NCBI GenBank assembly: GCA_965204115.1
Contig: OZ241963.1
Coordinates: 10,632 to 74,631 of the forward strand
Source of the DNA: Minisyncoccota bacterium
GTDB lineage: Bacteria > Patescibacteriota > Minisyncoccia > Phycocordibacterales > JABAAK01
Reading direction: 5' to 3'
DNA length: 64,000 nucleotides
A program made the translations under genes and the position numbers. Shown here one piece after another: positions 56,894 through 64,000 of this stretch (position 1 is the stretch's first letter; every line of letters begins with the position of its first letter). The notes beneath the pieces are model-generated. The model was given only the letters and a program-made list of their open reading frames with translations. It was not told the origin of the DNA and did not search any database.

Positions 56894-58303
56894 ATGTTGA
56901 AAGAAATTAGAATTGCTTTGATCGCTATTTGCTTAATTGTTGCTTTAATCGGTTGTGAAAATGTTAACCCCGTCAGCCCGACGGATATGGACGAGCCTAC
57001 AAGGATGGGGGAACTGAAATCAGACACTGCACTTACCCCCGCTTCGTCTAAGGAGTCGGGAATTCAGATTCTTGGCTATAAAGTCGCTGAGGTGGTCATG
57101 GGAGCTCCCTCATTTGTTGAAGACGAGGAAGAAACAGGAGATGTCCTTGCTGCCACGCACGCAGACGAGCCCGGCGGTAGTGAAACCATTGACCTGTCTT
57201 TGGAAGAAGGTCGTCACATCCCTCAGGGTTGCAATGTAGCCATTTTTGCTAACGGCAAAAACATCGGATCGGCGACAGCCAAGGAGAACATGACTGAGGC
57301 AACAATCCTCATCCCGGCTGAGGATCTTCCGGATGGCAGTGTCACCTTGGTCATTAGCATTGTTTGTAACGATGTTGTGGCCGCTTCGACCGCACTCACC
57401 ATAGAACGACCCACGATCTCTTCCCCGGCAGACCTCCTCCTCATCGATAGTGACGATGACGATGATGAGAAAGGTGGAGATGATGAGGAAGACGATGAGG
57501 ATTTCCTTGAGATAGACGATGTCTATCTTGGCGATACTCTTCGTGAGGTTATCCTTGAGTTTGAGAACCATGCTAACGCATATTCCTCTGTCAAGGAAAA
57601 TGTCATAATTGCCATCGATGGTAAGGAGTATGTGATCGTCCGCTATGATGAGAATGGCGACAAGGTCACGCTCATCCTGCGAAAAGACCTTCCTGCCGGC
57701 AAAAAAGTCACCGTCATCTATAACGGAGAAGGTGGCCTTGAAGGGCGCCCTGGCGGTGAACCGGTCGAAGAGTTCGAATTCACCTTCACCACTCCCGAGG
57801 CAGAGGTCCTCACTATCCGTGAGGCGATCGCCGCTCGTTCCTCGACCGTTATCCCGAAAGGGCTCTATCGTTCAGGATCAACGCTCCTCACCGCCCTTGA
57901 CCACTTCGGATACAAGGTGAGTGAATGGAGCCGGCAGATCCTGTCAAACCCTGCTTTCCCGGTCGAAAAAGAGGAAGGAGAAACTGAGGTCGTGTTTGTT
58001 ACTGCCGATGACCTTGGCCTCCAAGCCGGGTTTACCGGCAGTGATGTTATTGCGGCGACGCTGGCCGCTGGCTACACCCTGCTACCGCCGGAAACGGGAC
58101 CACAGGAACGGCTGATTTATCCTGATCAACCAGATAATGAGGTCGTGCTGATCGTAAGCATTCCGGTGTATAACCCCATCACAAAGCAGACCTACCTCTT
58201 CTTTGTTGCCCGTGAAGACGGCGTGTCTCCTGGGCGATGGATAACAGCTATTGAGGTAGGTAGCGAGGTTGGATACATCTTGTTCGCCGTTGGCGCGAAG
58301 TAG
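56894..58303 (+). CDS. acidic lipoprotein (lipobox LIGC), hypothetical
   Basis: MLKEIRIALIAICLIVALIGCEN has a lipoprotein signal. SD aaggag lies 9 nt upstream. Asp/Glu-rich stretches DSDDDDDEKGGDDEEDDED. Confidence 0.6.
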   Translation: MLKEIRIALIAICLIVALIGCENVNPVSPTDMDEPTRMGELKSDTALTPASSKESGIQILGYKVAEVVMGAPSFVEDEEETGDVLAATHADEPGGSETIDLSLEEGRHIPQGCNVAIFANGKNIGSATAKENMTEATILIPAEDLPDGSVTLVISIVCNDVVAASTALTIERPTISSPADLLLIDSDDDDDEKGGDDEEDDEDFLEIDDVYLGDTLREVILEFENHANAYSSVKENVIIAIDGKEYVIVRYDENGDKVTLILRKDLPAGKKVTVIYNGEGGLEGRPGGEPVEEFEFTFTTPEAEVLTIREAIAARSSTVIPKGLYRSGSTLLTALDHFGYKVSEWSRQILSNPAFPVEKEEGETEVVFVTADDLGLQAGFTGSDVIAATLAAGYTLLPPETGPQERLIYPDQPDNEVVLIVSIPVYNPITKQTYLFFVAREDGVSPGRWITAIEVGSEVGYILFAVGAK

Positions 58304-58432
58304 TTTTTTCTTTGTAAAAGTATCCATAGGCGCGTTGCTTTATGCAATGCGCCTTTTCTATTTTTCATACAATAAAACATCAATAAAAACAGCGTGTATA
58401 GGGTGAGGTTTTGGATATGCTACTATATACCT

Positions 58433-59212
58433 ATGGTACAAAGTAAGAACATAGCCCAGGAAATAGAGCGGGTTGGGGGGCACTATGCCGTGACAAATCG
58501 GTATCGGCATCCGTCGTTGGTGTCACTCATTGCAGGGAAGCAGGGGAATAGGGCAGTTTTTGCTGTTGAGAAGATTGCTGCGATGCTGGAGGAGACCCTC
58601 ACCTTTGTGGAGGAATGCGGCAAGAAGGGGCATGTTATCCTGTTTGTCTCAACCCGACAGGAGACAGTTGACCTGGTGAAGCAGACAGCGGAGAACCTCT
58701 CACTGCCGTATATGCTGAATCGCTGGATTGGCGGCACGCTCTCAAATTTTGTCAACATTAAAGGGCGCATCAGCAAAATGATCACCATGCAAAAAGAGAA
58801 AGACAGCGGTGCGTGGACTAAGTACACCAAGAAAGAGAAAGTGCTGCTCAATCGGGAACTTACCAAGCTGGAGAGCCGTTTCACCGGTATCGCGGCGCTG
58901 ACTGAGCTGCCGCAGGCGATTTTTGTGCTGGACACCCGAAAAGAGCACATCGCCGTTAAGGAGGCGAATGGTGCGGAGGTGCCCGTCATCGGCTTTTCCA
59001 CCGCTAATGCGGATTTACACCGCATTCAGCACCCTATCATAGCAAATATACATTCCCGGGAAGCCGTCACCTATATCCTCGGCCTGTTTGAGGCGGCCTA
59101 CAAGAAAGGGGTGAGTGCTAAGGGGGCGAAGCAGCCCGCCAGTGAGGCAAACGGTGGAAACAGCGGCAAAGCGAAAGAAAAATCGGGTAGCATACAGAAT
59201 AAACAGGTATAA
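58433..59212 (+). CDS. rpsB: 30S ribosomal protein S2
   Basis: GGHYAVTNRYRHPSL...HVILFVSTRQ...NRWIGGTLSNF. The track ORF is N-extended; I prefer ATG 58433. Confidence 0.85.
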   Translation: MVQSKNIAQEIERVGGHYAVTNRYRHPSLVSLIAGKQGNRAVFAVEKIAAMLEETLTFVEECGKKGHVILFVSTRQETVDLVKQTAENLSLPYMLNRWIGGTLSNFVNIKGRISKMITMQKEKDSGAWTKYTKKEKVLLNRELTKLESRFTGIAALTELPQAIFVLDTRKEHIAVKEANGAEVPVIGFSTANADLHRIQHPIIANIHSREAVTYILGLFEAAYKKGVSAKGAKQPASEANGGNSGKAKEKSGSIQNKQV

Positions 59213-59214
59213 CT

Positions 59215-59796
59215 ATGGCAGATGTAGCAACAATAAAAAAGCTCAGAGATGAGACGGGGCACTCAATCTCAAAATGCAAAGAAGCGCTTGAGGAGTCGGG
59301 GGGCGATATGGACAAAGCCCGGGAGGTGCTGCGGGAAAAAGGGGCTGTTGCCGTGCAGAAAAAAGCAGATCGCGATCTTGGCTCCGGTGTCGTGCAATCC
59401 TACATACACACTACGAACCGTATCGGCACAATGGTGGAGCTTCTCTGTGAAACTGACTTCGTCGCCCGCAATGAAGAGTTCGTCACGCTGGCACGAGACA
59501 TCGCCATGCACTGCGCCGCGTTCCAGCCGCAGTATCTCTCCCGAGAGAGCGTCCCGGCAGAAGTGCTGGAGCAGATAACCACCGAGCTGAAAGAGGATAT
59601 AGATGCCGGTAAGCCGGCAGAAGTGCAGGAGACGGTACTCCAAGGGAAAGTAGACGCAAAACTCAAAGAAGTTACCCTCTTGGAGCAGGCATTTCTCAAG
59701 GATGATGCCCGCGTTATCAGCCAACTCATAGAAGAAGCGGTGCAAAAATTCGGCGAGCGTATAGAAATCGGTCGGTTTGTTGTCTGGGTGCTGTAG
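59215..59796 (+). CDS. tsf: elongation factor Ts
   Basis: MADVATIKKLRDETGHSISKCKEALEESGGDMDKAREVLREKG and TDFVARNEEF. Confidence 0.85.
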   Translation: MADVATIKKLRDETGHSISKCKEALEESGGDMDKAREVLREKGAVAVQKKADRDLGSGVVQSYIHTTNRIGTMVELLCETDFVARNEEFVTLARDIAMHCAAFQPQYLSRESVPAEVLEQITTELKEDIDAGKPAEVQETVLQGKVDAKLKEVTLLEQAFLKDDARVISQLIEEAVQKFGERIEIGRFVVWVL

Positions 59797-59909
59797 TGCG
59801 TGTGCGGCACCTTCATTTTACACACCTTTGGTTATCCACAGGTCTTTTTAAGGGCTTGACATAGGAGTATATACTGGGTGTGTTAATAATTATAATTAAT
59901 TTTAATAAT

Positions 59910-60458
59910 ATGTTTAATATAAAAAATAAAGAAAGGGGTTTTACACTTATTGAGCTCCTGATTGTTATCGCCATCATTGGTGTATTGGCGGCGACGGTTG
60001 TTGTTTCTTTGGGAAGTCAAACAGACCAAGCGCAGAAGGGATCTACGAAAATAGGAGTATCAAGTATACGAAACTTGGCAACGGTTGCGGTTGCTGAGGG
60101 CGGGGTAGATGATGCGTCTGGTACAAAGCAGCCGTTGGGTCCTACTGGTGTCTGTCCGCTAATATATGACCAGGTGTCTGGAGAGAAAGGTGGTTGGGAT
60201 TGGGGGAAGCAGGGAACAGACAAGGCTGCCCAGTGTGGTGCCGATGCAGCTAATTCCACAGGAGAGATTTGTTGCGCTTCTGCAGATAAGGCTTGGGTGT
60301 TGTGGGGGCTCTTTGATGGTATAGGTAGGCCAGGTGGAAAAGTGTATTGTGTTGACAGCACTGGGTTTGCTGGTGAAATTACTTTGGGAGCAACAGTTAA
60401 TAACTCAACAAAGGTTGAGGATGGTGATCCTTCGAAGGCCGTAGTGACTTGCAAATAA
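59910..60458 (+). CDS. type IV pilin-like protein (prepilin N-terminal cleavage/methylation domain)
   Basis: KERGFTLIELLIVIAIIGVLAATVVVSLGS is the class III signal (G|FTLIEL). Cys-containing C-terminal region. Confidence 0.7.
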   Translation: MFNIKNKERGFTLIELLIVIAIIGVLAATVVVSLGSQTDQAQKGSTKIGVSSIRNLATVAVAEGGVDDASGTKQPLGPTGVCPLIYDQVSGEKGGWDWGKQGTDKAAQCGADAANSTGEICCASADKAWVLWGLFDGIGRPGGKVYCVDSTGFAGEITLGATVNNSTKVEDGDPSKAVVTCK

Positions 60459-60480
60459 AAATTATCTTGTATAAAAGCGT

Positions 60481-61062
60481 ATGGTAAAAATATCTCACAG
60501 CGGTAAGAGTGGAGATAAGGGTTTTACGCTTATTGAGTTGCTGATTGTTATTGCTATTATTGGTGTGTTAGCGGCGACAGTGTTGGTTTCGCTTGGTAGT
60601 CAGACAAACAGTGCGAGTAGTGGGTCAGTGAAGTTGGGTGTTTCAAGTTTGCGGACATTGGCACTTGTTGAAGTCACCATAGAGAGTTCAAAATTAACTG
60701 GACAAAAATTGTGTAACAACATATACGAAGATGTGTCTGGGGAAAAGGGTGCTTGGGAGTGGACTGAAATCCGACAATGTGAAGATGGTGATTTGATTGC
60801 AAGCGGTGGTTTTACCTCGAGTTCTGCTTCTGGGAGGGCAAGCGGGGAAAACGCTAAAGCAGGAGAGATTTGTTGCCATGCGAAAGACAAAAAATGGGTG
60901 GTTTGGGGTGCTCTTCCTGATGCGGACGGAAGGAATACTTCACCTGCGAAGACTGGTAAGGATGTTTATTGTGCTGACAGCAACGGCTTTTTGGGAGAGC
61001 TTGATCTTTCTGTTGCCGCAAATCTTAATACCGCCGCGGGTAAGGCGGAGTGTAGACCATAA
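60481..61062 (+). CDS. type IV pilin-like protein, tandem paralog
   Basis: GDKGFTLIELLIVIAIIGVLAATVLVSLGS. Shares the EICC..(A/K)DK.WV.WG and VYC.DS.GF.GE C-terminal pattern with the preceding gene. Confidence 0.7.
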   Translation: MVKISHSGKSGDKGFTLIELLIVIAIIGVLAATVLVSLGSQTNSASSGSVKLGVSSLRTLALVEVTIESSKLTGQKLCNNIYEDVSGEKGAWEWTEIRQCEDGDLIASGGFTSSSASGRASGENAKAGEICCHAKDKKWVVWGALPDADGRNTSPAKTGKDVYCADSNGFLGELDLSVAANLNTAAGKAECRP

Positions 61063-61094
61063 CCTGACCACAACAACCACACAAAAAAAGAAAA

Positions 61095-61127
61095 AACAAG
61101 CGAACCCCTTTCGCTTGTTTTTTCTTT
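61095..61127 (+). terminator. intrinsic terminator after the pilin genes
   Basis: aacaagcgaa / ttcgcttgtt stem followed by ttttttc. Confidence 0.6.
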
Positions 61128-61163
61128 CCCCCTGCGCAGTTCTGTATGTAGTACACTATATAT

Positions 61164-61523
61164 ATGACTGAAAAGGCGGAAAAAGAAAAACTCACTCAGA
61201 GAGAAGGCACTTTGTTGGGGTTGGGTGTGCTTATGGGTGTGTTTGGCGGTTTTGTTTCCGGTTATCTGGTGAAGTGGTCTGGAGATGCATTGTTGGAAAC
61301 CCCTTTGCTGGGAGCAATACTTGTTGCTGTTATATTTTTTTCCTTTTTTACCCTTATGCTTATTCTGTCACATGCTCATCAGGTAGAAGAAAGTAGCAAT
61401 TCTTTTGATTTTTTATTGTTGATCTTGAAGAGTAATTGGAGATGGTATGCATATTTCATTATCCCTCTCTGTGTTCTCGTATTTGCACACCTGTACATCA
61501 ACCCAGCCGCAGGTGTGGTGTAG
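61164..61523 (+). CDS. hypothetical membrane protein
   Basis: 119 aa with three hydrophobic segments. Confidence 0.4.
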   Translation: MTEKAEKEKLTQREGTLLGLGVLMGVFGGFVSGYLVKWSGDALLETPLLGAILVAVIFFSFFTLMLILSHAHQVEESSNSFDFLLLILKSNWRWYAYFIIPLCVLVFAHLYINPAAGVV

Positions 61524-61534
61524 TGCAATGCTCT

Positions 61535-62809
61535 CTAAAACCCGCTATAAAAGTTCTCAGTAATGGTTTTGTTGGTGTCGGTGTTGGAGATGTAGCAGGT
61601 GGTGAGTTTTTTGGTGTCTAGGATGGTGTTGGCGATGCGTTGGATGTCTTCGGGGGTGACGGCGAGGATGTTTTGTTTGTAGGTTTCGTTGTCTTCCGGC
61701 TTGCCGCTCTGGGCGTAGGCGTGCATTTGTTCGGACGCTATGGTGGTTTTGCTCTCTTGCTGCACGGCGTTGTAGCCAAGGAGGAATTCTTTTGCTTTTT
61801 GGAGCTCTGCGTCGGGTACGGGTGTCTTTTTGATGGTGGCGCACTCGTCGGCGATGGCTTCCATTACTTCTGTTGTTCTTTTTCCGGCGATGCCGGTGTA
61901 GATGGCGAATTCTCCGCTGTGGGTCATTAAGTCGATGAGGGTTCTGATGGTGTAGCAGGCGCCCAGTTTTTCGCGGACACGGAAGAATAGACGGGAGCTC
62001 ATGCAGCCGCCGAAGAGGACATCGAACACCTCCGTCGCGTAGCGATCTGCGCTGTTGTATGAGGGCGCATACCCCCCTATAACAATGTGTGTTTGCTCTA
62101 AATCGCCCCGTACGATGGCGAGATGGGTTTCTTTCGGCTCGGTGGGGGTTATGTCCACTTGCGGGATTTGCTCTCCTGTATTTGCGCTTTTGTAGAGCTC
62201 TTCCAGTTTTTGTAGCACGGTATCGCGGTCAAACTTGCCGGCGACGGATATGACGGTGTTTTTTGTGGTGTAGTGCCTCTGTAAAAAGTTGACGAAGTTG
62301 TCCCGAGAGAAGGAGGCAACGGACTCTTCTGTTCCCAGGATGGAGTGTTCTGCCGCGGTGCCGTGGAAGAGCAGGCGATTTACCTCGTCAAAGGCTCGCG
62401 AGGGCGGATCGTCCCGGTACATTGCTATTTCTTCAGTAATCACCCTTTTTTCTTTGTCCAGTTCGTTTTCGGGGAAGAGGGAGTGTAGAAAAATGTCGGC
62501 AGTGAGGGAAAGCATGTCCTGTAGCCGTTCTGCTCGCCCGGACATATGGTAGGCGGTGTATTCTCTGCCGGTGTAGGCGTTTGCCACGAGACCCGACTCA
62601 TCCATGCGGGTTACTAATTCTGAGTTCGTGGGATAGGTTTCTGTGCCTTTGAAGCACATATGCTCAAAGAAGTGCGCTAATCCATGCTCGTGCTTTGTTT
62701 CGTGGTTGGCGCCGATTGCCACGCCGACCAGTACACATACCGTTTCTGCCCGTTCATCCGGGCTTAGCAGCACGGTAATACCATTTTCCAGTGTTTGGGT
62801 TTCCGTCAT
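61535..62809 (-). CDS. M16-family zinc metallopeptidase (pitrilysin-like)
   Basis: HGLAHFFEHMCFKGT contains the inverted zinc motif H..EH. ~420 aa, two-domain size. Confidence 0.75.
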   Translation of the reverse strand: MTETQTLENGITVLLSPDERAETVCVLVGVAIGANHETKHEHGLAHFFEHMCFKGTETYPTNSELVTRMDESGLVANAYTGREYTAYHMSGRAERLQDMLSLTADIFLHSLFPENELDKEKRVITEEIAMYRDDPPSRAFDEVNRLLFHGTAAEHSILGTEESVASFSRDNFVNFLQRHYTTKNTVISVAGKFDRDTVLQKLEELYKSANTGEQIPQVDITPTEPKETHLAIVRGDLEQTHIVIGGYAPSYNSADRYATEVFDVLFGGCMSSRLFFRVREKLGACYTIRTLIDLMTHSGEFAIYTGIAGKRTTEVMEAIADECATIKKTPVPDAELQKAKEFLLGYNAVQQESKTTIASEQMHAYAQSGKPEDNETYKQNILAVTPEDIQRIANTILDTKKLTTCYISNTDTNKTITENFYSGF

Positions 62810-62811
62810 AG

Positions 62812-63651
62812 TTATGCGCTCTTTTTCTTCATACTTTTGCCGCGTTTTTTTGCGTGTTGGTAGATCGCATAGAGTAGCGCGTAGAGTGTTGGCATGAAGA
62901 GGAATATTGTGACGAGGTCGTTAGTGAATGTGGAGAGGTCTTCCACGGATAGCGGTATTCCCAGTATGGAGAGTGCAGCAGGTATCAATGGGTGAATGAT
63001 TCCTGCGGCGATTGCGATAATAGCAATACTCAGCACGATCTTCCAGCCGACGGAACTCTTGGTAAGCGTGAATGATTTTTTGATGATAGCCCATGCCTGC
63101 TCTTTTTGTTGTTCTACCCAGATGAATGTTATAAACATACTGCGTATCAGTATCACCATTGGCAGAAGGAGGAGAGATGCTCCCAGTATGATGAATAGTG
63201 TTGCCAGACCTTCAGACGCTATTAGAGAGCCGAGAAAGATAGTTAGCATGCTTGGAATGCTGCCCGCAAGCAGTAACAGGGTAAAGAGCAGCTGCACCGG
63301 AATTGATCTTAGCCCTTTTGTGATGCCGAATCCGACTGCCTCCGTAAATGACTTGTTGTTAATCAGTATTGTGGAAATTGAGGCGGTAGTGATGATTGCG
63401 ATGAGTAGTATCAATAGTGCTGTTAGCATGCTTGTGCCGATGAGCGGCGCAAAAAAGGTGAGGGATAGGGTTGCGTCGGCAAAATATGCTGTGGCATCAG
63501 CGGCGGAGTAGTTGAGGTCGATGAGCGCTTCCATTGCAACGATCACGGCAATATTTGCGAGCGTGCTTATTAGGGAGACACCGACAATGCGACCGTATGT
63601 TGCGGTAAATATTTTTTTCGCTTGAGCGGGAATGCTGGTGGTTTTTTTCAT
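62812..63651 (-). CDS. polytopic membrane protein, hypothetical, in an operon with the M16 peptidase
   Basis: The track ORF extends to 63726. I prefer ATG 63651 (MKKTTSIPAQAKK...). Six or more hydrophobic helices. Confidence 0.5.
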   Translation of the reverse strand: MKKTTSIPAQAKKIFTATYGRIVGVSLISTLANIAVIVAMEALIDLNYSAADATAYFADATLSLTFFAPLIGTSMLTALLILLIAIITTASISTILINNKSFTEAVGFGITKGLRSIPVQLLFTLLLLAGSIPSMLTIFLGSLIASEGLATLFIILGASLLLLPMVILIRSMFITFIWVEQQKEQAWAIIKKSFTLTKSSVGWKIVLSIAIIAIAAGIIHPLIPAALSILGIPLSVEDLSTFTNDLVTIFLFMPTLYALLYAIYQHAKKRGKSMKKKSA

Positions 63652-63731
63652 AGATGGTTTTGTATAGAACGGTAATAACGAAACACGCGAGACACTGCAT
63701 CGCTGTTTATCATAGTATACTACCAAAAAAG

Positions 63732-64000
63732 ATGTTTATGATCACTGAGTTTTTGTTTTTGACTATTTTGTGTATAGATTTATTTTTTATATACCTCGCG
63801 TGGCGATTCGGTAAACTGTACCTTGCGGTCATACTGGTTATGAACATCGTCCTCACCGTGATCTTTGCCGGTCAGATTGTGGAACTGTTCGGTGCCATGG
63901 TCGGCTTGAGCGCGTTGTTCTATGCGCCTGTCTTTGTGATTACGAATATTGTCAATGAGCGGTACGGTAAGAAGGAGGCGGAGAAAATGATGCGCATCGG
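63732..64000 (+). CDS. queuosine-precursor transporter YhhQ/VUT-family membrane protein, 5-prime partial (runs off the window end)
   Basis: My translation is MFMITEFLFLTILCIDLFFIYLAWRFGKLY...FVITNIVNERYGKKEAEKMM. The (T/I)..INE.YG motif is typical of this family. No stop before the window end. Confidence 0.45.
   Translation, partial: MFMITEFLFLTILCIDLFFIYLAWRFGKLYLAVILVMNIVLTVIFAGQIVELFGAMVGLSALFYAPVFVITNIVNERYGKKEAEKMMRI

Noticed and set aside
59850-59880. TTGACA ... TATACT promoter upstream of the pilin gene
   Set aside because: The spacer between the two hexamers is only ~8 nt, so it is not a plausible sigma70 promoter as read. Left uncalled.
1-64000. IS elements and transposases
   Set aside because: I found no transposase, integrase or recombinase-like ORFs, and no terminal inverted repeats bracketing the DUF3800 or TA genes. 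The rearrangements I describe are inferred from repeats only.

Overview
This 64-kb bacterial window has three distinct parts. Most genes have no Shine-Dalgarno motif and the conserved operon layout is Gram-positive-like, which hints at a Patescibacteria/CPR-like organism; this is tentative. The part at 1-29.2 kb is a cell-surface/accessory region: two paralogous secreted S8 subtilases that share an identical 698-bp 5-prime module, a P-domain/trypsin-like protease, two Ig-like/FN3 surface proteins (one a ~3130-aa giant adhesin with C-terminal peptidoglycan-binding modules), two DUF3800 genes, two RelE-type toxin-antitoxin pairs and a Doc toxin with a duplicated 3-prime fragment. The part at 29.3-38.7 kb has tRNA-Val and mreB, a restriction-modification cluster and an AT-rich island that ends at tRNA-Ala and carries an orphan 201-aa + 965-aa gene pair, which I flag as a candidate novel defense module. 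The part at 38.7-64 kb is housekeeping: rplI, class I fba, murF-ddl, rpmA, mraZ-rsmH, rpsP-khpA-trmD, the infA-rpmJ-rpsM-rpsK-rpsD-rpoA-rplQ operon, rplM-rpsI, rpsB-tsf, two pilin genes and an M16 peptidase. No rRNA, CRISPR array or transposase was recognised. All calls come from reading the sequence and ORF translations; no database searches or computations were run, and GC statements are by-eye estimates.
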